Assembly: GCF_001194135.2 (NCBI RefSeq)
Contig: NC_068981.1
Location: forward strand, 481,781 to 513,903
Source: Octopus bimaculoides
Lineage: Eukaryota
DNA length: 32,123 nucleotides
Direction: 5' to 3'
Under the pieces are notes generated by a model. The model made no database searches, was not told where the DNA came from, and saw nothing but the letters and a program-made list of their open reading frames with translations. Made by a program: the position numbers and the translations under genes. Positions 11,555 to 21,704 of the stretch are shown piece after piece. Position 1 is the stretch's first letter, and each line of letters starts with the position of its first letter.

Positions 11555-12266
11555 AACAACAAACAAGATGAGGACAAATATCCATCAAATGTAAATAATT
11601 CCTCATCTCTTAAATATAGAACTGTAGAAAAGAATGTAGTTAAGAAAGATCCTTCAATTAAACAAATTGTCAAGATTGTAGCAAGAAAGATAATTCTTCT
11701 TTGGCAAAAGGCATCTATCCTTTGTGTTGCAATTGAGTCAGTTTGACCGAAAATCTTAAACTTTTATCCAAAGTACCAAGCATTACTGAAATCTGTGAAA
11801 AATAGCAAAAATGTGCCATCATTTTAAAAAAAGTGTAATGTGCTTAAAAACAAAGCAACAAAAGATTTATTTGACATTTCCTGTTGCAAGTGCAACTACT
11901 TTAAAAACTGCAGTTGTAGTAGAGACAAAGAAGTATGACAGAAAGAAGAAGATTTTTTACAGGATCAATGAACAAATTGAAAAATGATCATTGGCAGAAT
12001 AGATCAAGCAGTATCTAAACAGAACATTCAGAGGTTGTTTAGAAAGAATCGGTCAGATCACAATGGCTCTTCTATGTCAGCAAAGGATTCTGAATTGTTA
12101 ATTATTTTTATCACCAAAATGTGTCAAGAATCAAAAATTGGTTTAGATGCAATTTTTATTTTAATGTGTGTGTAATCTACACCTCATGTAGCACACATAT
12201 TTGGTGACCTAGTATTAAAAATAATAAAGGAAACAGTTAAAAAGTTGATTTATTTTACGTAATTAT

Positions 12267-13329
12267 AGGCATAGGAATGGCTGTGGTAAGTAGCTTGCTA
12301 ACAAACCACATGGTTCCGAGTTCAGTCCCACTGCATGGCACCTTGGACAAGTGTCTTTTACTATAGCCTCAGGCTGACCAAAGCCTTGTGAGTGGATTTG
12401 GTAGATGGAAACTGAAAGAAGCCCGTCGTATCATCATCATCATCATCGTCGTTTAACGTCCGCTTTCCATGCTGGCATGGGTTGGACGATTTGACTGAGG
12501 ACTGGTGAAACCAGATGGTTACACCAGGCTCCAATCTGATTTGGCAGAGTTTCTACAGCTGGATGCCCTTCCTAATGCCAACCACTCAGAGAGTGTAGTG
12601 GGTGCTTTTACATGCCCCCGGCATGAAGGCCAGTNNNNNNNNNNNNNNNNNNNNNNNNNNNNNNNNNNNNNNNNNNNNNNNNNNNNNNNNNNNNNNNNNN
12701 NNNNNNNNNNNNNNNNNNNNNNNNNNNNNNNNNNNNNNNNNNNNNNNNNNNNNNNNNNNNNNNNNNNNNNNNNNNNNNNNNNNNNNNNNNNNNNNNNNNN
12801 NNNNNNNNNNNNNNNNNNNNNNNNNNNNNNNNNNNNNNNNNNNNNNNNNNNNNNNNNNNNNNNNNNNNNNNNNNNNNNNNNNNNNNNNNNNNNNNNNNNN
12901 NNNNNNNNNNNNNNNNNNNNNNNNNNNNNNNNNNNNNNNNNNNNNNNNNNNNNNNNNNNNNNNNNNNNNNNNNNNNNNNNNNNNNNNNNNNNNNNNNNNN
13001 NNNNNNNNNNNNNNNNNNNNNNNNNNNNNNNNNNNNNNNNNNNNNNNNNNNNNNNNNNNNNNNNNNNNNNNNNNNNNNNNNNNNNNNNNNNNNNNNNNNN
13101 NNNNNNNNNNNNNNNNNNNNNNNNNNNNNNNNNNNNNNNNNNNNNNNNNNNNNNNNNNNNNNNNNNNNNNNNNNNNNNNNNNNNNNNNNNNNNNNNNNNN
13201 NNNNNNNNNNNNNNNNNNNNNNNNNNNNNNNNNNNNNNNNNNNNTGGGGTCGATTTGCTCGACTAAGGGCAGTGCTCCAGCATGACCACAGTCAAATGAC
13301 TGAAACAGGTAAATGAGTAAAGAGAGTAA
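12267..13329 (+). mobile_element. Family A copy with a nested family B copy (12431-12634, -) spanning an assembly gap
   Basis: Head at 12267-12430 and tail at 13245-13329. Confidence 0.7.
12635..13244. other. Assembly gap (610 N)
   Basis: N run. Confidence 1.
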
Positions 13330-13664
13330 TTTTAAAATTTCAAATGCATTGTGGATCCTGAAGGTACAAATGTTAGAGTTTAAGATTTCAACACTTTTGT
13401 TTTTAAAGGATTTCGCAAAAGAAAATTGATTCGTAACAATGAATGTAAAAATTAAAATGAGGAAAAGCAAACATCTTATAAATTGATTTTTTTTCGCTCA
13501 TTATTCAAAGTTTCAAGTGGGCTGCGGAGCCTGAAGATGTAAATTTAAGAACTTCAGATTTTAACAGAGTTGTTTTTAAAGGATTTCACAGTTAAAAAAT
13601 TTATTCTTGAAAATATATTTTGAAAATCAGTGTAAAAAATACCTTTTTTGCATCACCCTACTGT

Positions 13665-13985
13665 ATATGTATGTGTGTGCATGTATGTATGTGCATATAT
13701 ATGTGCGTGTGTATGTGTGTAGTTGTGTGTGTATGTATGTGTTTACATGTGTGTGTATGTAAGTGTATATGTGTATGTAAGTATATGTGTGTGTAGGTAT
13801 GTGTATATATGTGTGTAAGAATGTGTATATGTGTGTGAAGGTATGTATATATGTGTGTGTAGGTATGTGCATATGTATGTGTATGTATTTGTATGTATAT
13901 ATATACACACACACACACACACACATGTATCTATATATGTGTGTGTGTATGTATATTTATGTATGTGTATATGTGTGCGTACATG
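13665..13985. repeat. Degenerate (TG/TA/CA)n array
   Basis: Directly visible. Confidence 0.9.
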
Positions 13986-14250
13986 GAGATAGGTAGAAAG
14001 TATATTTTTATTCCAGTTAATTATCATGACTGGCTTGCATTCAGTCTGTCATTAACATTGATTGGTTTCTTCACATCAAAAATAACAAACACAAAAACAA
14101 AAGGTTCTGCTCTTGTCCCTCGTATCATACTTTAACCCTTCAGCACCTGACACAAAGCAACTTTCCTCCTTCTACTCCTCCTCAAATCCCCTTCACACTC
14201 AGTCCAGGGGTTTTTCCTGTACCTTTCCTGTCTTGCAAGTTACTTGGTGG

Positions 14251-14455
14251 CCTCCCTAATGCTCGAGGCACAAAAGGAAAAGCACCCTATACACAGTGTA
14301 AAGTGGTCGGTGTTAGGAAGGGCACCTGGCTCTGGAAATTATGCCAAAGCTGACATTGGAGTTTATTGTGGCCCTGATGCTCACTGGATCCTATCAAACT
14401 GTCTAACCCATGCCAGCATGGAAAGCAGATGTTAAATGGAGATGATAATGGTGAT
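14251..14455 (+). mobile_element. Diverged family B copy
   Basis: GTCGGTGTTAGGAAGGGCACC...CATGCCAGCATGGAAAGCAGATGTTAAATG. Confidence 0.7.
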
Positions 14456-14470
14456 ACTCTTTAATACTAC

Positions 14471-14775
14471 TGGCATTGCATCAGTTACGACATTGAGGGT
14501 TCCAGATGATCCAATCACCTGAATAGACCGATTGTGAAATTAGCATCCATGTGGCCAAGAACTTTACAGACACACATGCCATTAGTGCAGTGCTTGGGGA
14601 GATTCAGCATGACACAGAATGTGACAAGGTTGGCCCTTTTAAATTACAGCTACAACTCACTTTTGCCAGCTGAGTGGACTGGAGTTATGTGAAATGAAGT
14701 GTCTTGCTTAAAGAAACAACACACTGCTGGGAATCGATTTCATGACCTTACAATTGTGAGCTGAGTACCAATCCA
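14471..14775 (-). mobile_element. SINE family D (tRNA head plus CORE-like GTCCTTGAGCAAGACACTT...CCAGTCCACTCAGCTG domain)
   Basis: Reverse complement of the 27544-28071 copy. Confidence 0.7.
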
Positions 14776-15166
14776 TGTGACTCTGCTCAATCTTTAATAT
14801 TAAACTTATCCAGTGTGTCAAACATACTTATAACCTTTGACTGTATTTTGTAAATATTTGGTTTGATTTTGTTTTTAATATCACAAACTTCTTAATCAAA
14901 CCAATTGGATTTCTCCCAGGTCTAATCACTCTGATGTTGTTTGCTTTCCATCATTTGTTTTACTCCACTATTCAACTGTCCACATTTTCAGCATTGTTTA
15001 AATTTAGACAACAAAGTTATGAGGCTAAAACTAATTTAAACACATCTAATTTTGTTTCCTCCCTTCCAGAATGTTCATTCATTGTTGTTCTTCGAAGCAA
15101 TATTTTAGTCTGTCTATATTGGATTACTAAGTTGAATTAAGAGAAGACTATATATACATAGATTAG

Positions 15167-15206
<40 letters not shown>

Positions 15207-15551
15207 CACACATTTACATTGATCAGTCTGTAAGAACAAATACTAGGGGAGAAAAAAACAGCCCTCAAAAATAATGATAAATTTTCTGAATATTTCAATA
15301 ACTTTTATTTTGCTTGTTAATATTAATATCGAAGAAATTTATTGTTTTGAAATATTGTGAAATCAATAAATTATTATCAAAATGTGTAGTTTTTTAAAGA
15401 AAAATTGTTTTGTCTCAACAATTGATTTTTGCATTTGTGCATGAGTATGTGTATGTAGCTGTCCATGTTCTATGTTCTAGCTTGTAAACATCAAGGTGTG
15501 TGTGTATGTTTATATACATTTTGCTCATACACAATCATGTACATGAACATG

Positions 15552-15592
<41 letters not shown>

Positions 15593-15599
15593 TATCAAC

Positions 15600-15960
15600 A
15601 TGTCTTTTTTCCATTCTTGTATTGGTTGGCAGAGTCTTCTCCATCAGAGTGTCTTGCCACTTCTTGCAGTTCTTTGTCATCCTCTCTATGAGACCCAGAG
15701 TTCAGTTTTCAACACTTATTCCTTATGTTTCTTTTGGTCTTCCTCTTCTGTAAGCTCTTCCACTTCTATCACTTGGCACATCTTCATCCATCTGTCATTC
15801 TTTCTAAGCATCACACTTCCAAACCAACACAGACTCCTCTTTTGTGTGCTACAACTAATTTCTCTTATATCCAAGTTTCCCTTTTCCATCATTCATTCCT
15901 CTTAACATTACGCTCCAGCACAGCAGACTCATTGCATCTCTCTCTATCCTCCACATATTC
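15600..15960 (-). mobile_element. Decayed RTE-clade LINE ORF2 C-terminus and 3' end
   Basis: Minus frames give KRSLCWFGSVMLRKNDRWMKMCQVIEVE and, after a frameshift, RGRPKET*. This matches the RTE motif LRWFGHVxR...RGRPxKTW. Confidence 0.7.
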
Positions 15961-16199
15961 TTAGAATTCAATGCCAATATGTCACTTGCATTCACAAAAT
16001 TTCTCACTCTATGAGAGAATCCCTTTAATGCTAATGGAGATTATCGCTCTCTTAACTTTTTCTAACCCATTCTTGTTCTGGATATGTTTTTGAAAACACT
16101 CTTCACCAATGGGAAGAATGCAAACATTTAAATAGCAAAAGCTATATGTTACTTCTAGAGAGCCCTCCAAGCATTTGAAAGAATTTATCATAAGAGTGC

Positions 16200-17008
16200 T
16201 TTTTATGTAGCACCGGCCCTGACAGAGTCACTAAGTACCTTTTTGTTGTGCAAGGTAATTTGGTGACCCTGTTGGTGCTGGTGCTACAAAAAAAGTGCTG
16301 GGGCTTCATAAAGCACTGGTGATGATGTCACGTAAAAACACTAGTGATGGTGTCACGTAATTTGCACAGGTGCTGGTGCCACCAGTGGTGGTGTCACGTG
16401 AAAAGCACTGGTGCTAGTGCCACATACAAAGTAGTACCCAGTACACTCTGTAAAGTGGTTGGTGTTAGGAAGAGCATCCAGCTATGGAAACCATGTCAGA
16501 ACACAATGGAGCCTGGCGTGACTCCTGGCCTTGTTCTCTCCTGTCAAGCTGTTAGCACGCCAGGCGAAATGCTAAGCGGTATTTCGTTTGACTTTGTGTT
16601 CTGAGTACAAATTTCACCGAGGTCGACTTTGCCTTTCATCTTTTGGGGGTTGATAAATTAAGTACCAGTTGCGTACTGGGGTCAATCTAATCGACTGGCC
16701 CCCTCCCCCCAAATTTCAGGCCTGGTGCCTAGGGTAGAAAAGATTATTCATCGTTTAGTTTACTGTAGCCGTTCAGGTTAAAACAGGGAAGTGGAGCCAA
16801 GAACAGCTGTCTGTAGAAACTTGTGTATGGCAATGAAGGTAAAACCTACAAGAAAGAATTCTTGAAATAGACTGAGCAAATACAAAAGCTTTAGCCATCA
16901 GGCTAGTAGATGGGATTTTAATACCATCTGCCATGCTCAATATATGGGGAAAGAGTAGGCATACCAGCATGGAAAACAGACATTAAATGATGATGATGAT
17001 GATGATGA
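16200..17008 (+). mobile_element. Family B copy split at 16552/16961 by an inserted inverted duplication
   Basis: ...TCCTGTCAAGCTGT resumes ~410 bp later as CATACCAGCATGGAAAACAGACATTAAATGATGATG. Confidence 0.75.
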
Positions 17009-17593
17009 GTACACTTACTACTAACCACTCTTAGGCATCTGCTACATTCAAAGTTTTTCTTTTTCAGTATGTCTGTGGTTTTATTGCAGCTCTGCTTTAC
17101 TCATAGTTTCTTTGTATTAGGCACACTCTGTTGGACCCCTGCCTACTCTTTCTTCACATATTGAGCATGGCAGATGGTATTAGAATCCCATCTACTAGCC
17201 TGATGGCTAAAGCTTTTGTATTTGCTCAGTCTATTTCAAGAATTCTTTCTTGTAGGTTTTAGCTTCATGTGTAAAATTTTCTGACTCAGTCAACTATGAG
17301 AACTAAATCATTGCCATACACAAGTTTCTACAGACAGCTGTTCTTGGCTCCACTTCTCTGTTTTAACCTGAACGGCTACAGTAAACTAAACGATGAATGA
17401 TCTTTTCTACCCTAGGCACCAGGCCTGAAATTTTTAGGGAGGGAGCCAGTCGATTACATCAACCCCAGTGCATAAATGGTACTTAATTTATTGACCCTGA
17501 AAGGATGAATGGCATAGTCGACCTCGGCGGAATTTGAACTCAGAACACAACGACAGACGAAATACCGCTTAGCATTTCATCCAGCATGCTAAC
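16551..17593. repeat. Long inverted repeat: arm 16551-16961 versus arm 17140-17593, with a 178-nt loop
   Basis: Hand alignment: 7 mismatches in 251 nt plus a 43-nt indel for 16711-16961 versus 17140-17433. Outer family C portions are ~80% identical. Confidence 0.9.
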
Positions 17594-17615
17594 ATTTCTG
17601 CCAGCTTACCACCTT
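17398..17615 (-). mobile_element. SINE family C, full copy
   Basis: Head AAGGTGGTAAGCTGGCAGAAATGTTAGC on the minus strand. Confidence 0.8.
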
Positions 17616-18223
17616 AGATGAATGAAGGCCGAAAACAATAGATAATGGCTGAGGACTGAGCTATGATGAACATTTATCTGCGCATTAAATTCCTTGCTGA
17701 ATTTGTTGCTATTCTTACCTTACTGACAACACCTTTGTACATGGCTTGCACAGTTCTCACTAGCCATTTGTCTACATCTAGTTACCTTTGTGGCCACCAG
17801 AGCTTGGTGTGTTTCACCCTGTGTTAGGGTCATAGGCCTTCTCTCAATCAATGAATGCGAGGTGTTGTGGTGAGTTTTTTTTACTTAGCACTCATGTAGT
17901 CATTTTACGAGGAAGAGGGTATCTGTGGTACCCCTTTCTGGCACACAGTTAATCTGCATCTCATCTAAGCTAATTTCATTCCTAATTAGTTGTGCAACCT
18001 ATTGGTATTTTTGCTGTTTTTGAACTTGATGTTTCTTTCAAGAACATCTCTGCCTTTGTTGCATCTTATGAAGGTATGTATGTGTGTATGTGTCTGTGCA
18101 CCTCAACCAGTCACCCTCTTTCCAGCTGTGGGAAGGTTCGCTTTAAACTTTCTACTCTTGTAAGTTGCAAAGTGGCCCTACTAAAGTTGCTGTCACATAA
18201 AAAGCACCCAGTATCCCCTATAA

Positions 18224-18442
18224 CCCTTTTGCATTCAGATTACTTTCTCAAACCCAATGCTTATTTATTCATGTTTTGACTTGATCATGCATTATCTCAG
18301 AGCTTTGAGATTTCTATGATGTGATTGTTTTTATTTTTAGAATGACATTGTAGGGTCAGTGTGATAGGCTGAATCTGGCCAGTTTGAGCATAAAACAAGT
18401 AGAATATTTGGGCTGGGTATAGCCAGTTTAAATGCTAAAGGG
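18224..18442. mobile_element. piggyBac-type MITE nested in a family B copy (18190-18590)
   Basis: ATAA|CCCTTTTGCATT...AATGCTAAAGGG|TTAA. A partial related sequence lies at ~23135-23195. Confidence 0.7.
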
Positions 18443-18648
18443 TTAAAGCAACTGATGTTAAGAAGAACATCTAGCTGTAGAAACCATTCCTAAACTGAGA
18501 CATTGGAGTGCAATGCAGCACCCTGACTTGTTTTGTTCCTTTCCAACCATTCAACCTATGCTCACATGGAAAACAGGCATAAAATGCTGCTGCACAAACA
18601 GGCAGACAGATTACATGTATTCTTACATTTGTATGTCTGTATGTATGA

Positions 18649-18688
<40 letters not shown>

Positions 18689-18959
18689 ATATAACAGTGT
18701 TGCTAGAATACAGCTAGTTGTGAACTGGAGCTTGCTACGTATCTCTTTCTTATAAAAAAACCAATTACTTGATCTTAATTAATAACTTGCATGAATAATA
18801 TTCACAAATATAAAATTCTAATTTCCTTAAAGAAAAATATCTGAAATGTCATTTACTTTTTTAATAGTATTTTGTGATCGGTAATTTGAATGATTGCTTT
18901 ATTCTTTAACTGTGTATTGGTATTTTATACTTTTAAGAATCTTAAACTAAACCCAGATG

Positions 18960-19402
18960 NNNNNNNNNNNNNNNNNNNNNNNNNNNNNNNNNNNNNNNNN
19001 NNNNNNNNNNNNNNNNNNNNNNNNNNNNNNNNNNNNNNNNNNNNNNNNNNNNNNNNNNNNNNNNNNNNNNNNNNNNNNNNNNNNNNNNNNNNNNNNNNNN
19101 NNNNNNNNNNNNNNNNNNNNNNNNNNNNNNNNNNNNNNNNNNNNNNNNNNNNNNNNNNNNNNNNNNNNNNNNNNNNNNNNNNNNNNNNNNNNNNNNNNNN
19201 NNNNNNNNNNNNNNNNNNNNNNNNNNNNNNNNNNNNNNNNNNNNNNNNNNNNNNNNNNNNNNNNNNNNNNNNNNNNNNNNNNNNNNNNNNNNNNNNNNNN
19301 NNNNNNNNNNNNNNNNNNNNNNNNNNNNNNNNNNNNNNNNNNNNNNNNNNNNNNNNNNNNNNNNNNNNNNNNNNNNNNNNNNNNNNNNNNNNNNNNNNNN
19401 NN
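18960..19402. other. Assembly gap (443 N)
   Basis: N run. Confidence 1.
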
Positions 19403-19454
19403 TTACAAGCCAATATAGTGCCTTACCTTGTGTTAACTGTGAGGTGTATTTACT

Positions 19455-19486
19455 TTTAAGTTTATAGATTTGCTATATATATATAT

Positions 19487-19525
<39 letters not shown>

Positions 19526-19915
19526 GTTTAACGTCCGCTTTCCATGCTAGCATGGGTTGGACGATTTGACTGAGGACTGGTGAAACCGGATGGCAACACC
19601 AGGCTCCAATATATATGTATCTATTTGTGTGTCTGTGTTTGTCCCCCCACTATTGCTTGACAACTGATGTTGGTGTGTTTACATCCCTGTAAATCAGCAG
19701 TTCAGCAAAAGAGGCCGATAGAATAAGTATTAGGCTTACAAAGAGTAAGTCCTGGGGTCGATTTGTTCGACTAAAGGTGGTACTCCAGCATGGCCGCAGT
19801 CAAATGACTGAAACAAGCAAAAGAATAAAGTACTGGGATTGGTTTTATTCAACTAAAATCCTTCATAGCAATGCCCCAGCATGACCACAGTCCAGTGACC
19901 GAAACAAGTAAAATA
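19455..19915. mobile_element. Family B fragment (19488-19610, -) joined to a family A 3' half (19611-19830, +) and a second A-like tail
   Basis: Homology to the other copies. Confidence 0.7.
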
Positions 19916-19918
19916 GAT

Positions 19919-20812
19919 TTCTTTATTGAGCCATGCAGGGTCGAACACGGAGGGGACAATACAATGTAGAATTTTTCTTTTCAAGACCAATCAATAGGGA
20001 TTGAAAACATTTTGGGACATGTACAGAAAGAGATAAAGAGGTAACATTTTAACAACAGAAATTCTCAAAAGGGGGAGAAAATAAAACATTGACTTGGGTT
20101 ATCTGTGGAAAGAAAAACCTATGAAAAAACCATGGTAACCTCGGAAAGAAAAAAAAACATGAGAGTAAAGCGCCCTTTCTCTTTTTGTTTTATGGGTTCA
20201 TGCTCAAAGTAGGTCTGTCATTCATGCGTACCATCCTTGCTACATTCATCCACCTTTTATTAAACTTTTCATTAGACAAGACTTCCCTCTCTACCCTTAC
20301 CTGCCTTTTCAAGTAATACTTGAAAAAGTTGTTGAGAGGTTGGCCAGAGAGGAAAGTATTTGTTTTTAAGCCTTTCAAACGAGTCCCCCCCATACACATT
20401 CTTTCACTATAGCCACCAGCACCATGAAAACTGCTTTGCCTTCCCGGTTAAAGGAAGGTGGCAGGGCAATATTTATGATCGACTTGTCTAACATCCGGAC
20501 TTGTCCCACACGACAGCAGCCATTCAACATAGGCCCACAGTTCTGAAATATTTGGACATTGCACGAGTGTGTGCAGAACAGTTTCATCATTCTGACCACA
20601 TCTCGGGCAGGTCGGTTCAGTTTTTCTTGATCTGTGTCTGTAGACCTCATCTTGGATGAGCAATGTTCCTCAATAGCACTAACAGGCCAAGGATTTCTGG
20701 AAATTGTCCATAGGTCCTGGCTCAAAAGTGGTCCTGAAGAGGCGAGTCAGGTATTCCCTATTGACACCTAGAGTCTCCTCAAGAATGTCATCGCACCTCC
20801 TCTCTATCAATC
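19919..20812 (-). mobile_element. 5'-truncated Tx1/L1-clade LINE: ORF2 C-terminal zinc knuckle, stop codon and 3' UTR
   Basis: CPRCGQNDETVLHTLVQCP (zf-RVT-type CCHC), then FFKYYLKRQVRVEREVLSNEKFNKRW. Two in-frame stops and a frameshift. The 3' UTR ends at AATAAAG. Confidence 0.8.
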
Positions 20813-21025
20813 ATCTGAAACAAGTAAACTTCTGTGAATTCAGTTTGTGAATGGCAGAACTAAGCTATATATATGTATCTGAAACAATTATAGAACTTCT
20901 GTCTTGTTAATCTTTGCACCACAGAAAATTTAAAACAAAAACAAAAAAAAAAAACTATTTTGAGTTTCTTTCATTGAAGTTATAGATACGTTATTGTAAT
21001 GTTTTTCTCATATTTTATTGTGCAG

Positions 21026-21176
21026 TGTCTTCGTTATATTTGTGAAACAATGGATCGCAGTAAACTCGGAATTTCCGGGACGTTTTATTCAAATTTATCA
21101 TCGAAATCATCCCAGACTCTTCAGTGTATATTTATTTCTTCATACCAAAATGCTGCCATTTCTAATACACATGCAA
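21026..21176 (+). CDS. Internal exon B (phase 0 to 1): CLRYICETMDRSKLGISGTFYSNLSSKSSQTLQCIFISSYQNAAISNTHA
   Basis: Acceptor tttttctcatattttattgtgcag| and donor GCAA|gtaagt. This frame matches the phases of exons A and C. Confidence 0.75.
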
Positions 21177-21265
21177 GTAAGTGTGTTCAATATTTTCATG
21201 TTTCTTTTTTTATCGTTCTCAGAAATTTCTACACAGTCCTCGTAGAGACACTGACATGACAGTAC

Positions 21266-21407
21266 AACTCAAAAATTTACTTCCCAACCATGTGGTCTTG
21301 AGTTCAGTCCCACTGCATGACACCGTGGGCAAATCTCTTCTATTATTGCCTCAGGCTGATCAAAGCTTTGTGAGTGGATTTGGTAAACAGAAACTTTTAA
21401 AAGGCCT

Positions 21408-21450
<43 letters not shown>

Positions 21451-21704
21451 ATATATATATATATATATTCTTATTTCTTTACTGCCCACAAAGGGCTAAA
21501 CATAGAGGGGACAAACAAGGACAGACAGATGGATTAAGTCGATTAGATTGATCTCAGTGCGTAACTAGTACTTATTTAATCAACCCCGAAAGGATGGAAG
21601 GCAAAGTCGACCTTGGCAGAATTTGAACTCAGAATGTAGCGGCAGATGAAATATCGCTATGCATTTCGCCTGGCGTGCTAATGTTTCTGCCAGCTCGCCA
21701 CCTT
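21266..21704. mobile_element. Family A 5' half (21266-21448, +) abutting a family C copy (21471-21704, -)
   Basis: Homology to the other copies. Confidence 0.75.

Larger units (their letters stand above)
11178..11625. mobile_element. SINE family E: tRNA-headed element with a hammerhead-bearing tail, present as an inverted dimer (minus copy 11178-~11415, plus tail ~11435-11625)
   Basis: Minus-strand head has A box TCGCGTAGTGG and B box GTTCGATTCC. About 150 bp inverted duplication. 13-bp TSD AGAAAAGAATGTA at 11165-11177 and 11626-11638. Confidence 0.85.
11050..12211 (+). pseudogene. Decayed DNA-transposon transposase N-terminus (hATm-like) with a right terminal repeat, interrupted by the family E insertion
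   Basis: CPIFGTPCDL upstream of the insertion. A single frame from 11642 then reads ...LWQKASI...LFDISCCKC..NCSC...EEDFLQDQ*TN*KMIIGRID with five stops. The end TTTGGTGACCTA at 12211 resembles TAGG-type TIRs. Family assignment is from memory. Confidence 0.65.

Noticed and set aside
12505-13470. Long ORFs of 227-294 aa (also 18890-19459 and 25956-26598)
   Set aside because: They are open only because they run through N gaps. The flanking residues come from SINEs or minisatellite.
15070-15140. Strong acceptor ttttgtttcctcccttccag| inside the long intron
   Set aside because: The phase-0 frame needed after exon A stops after 12 codons, and nearby donors are weak.
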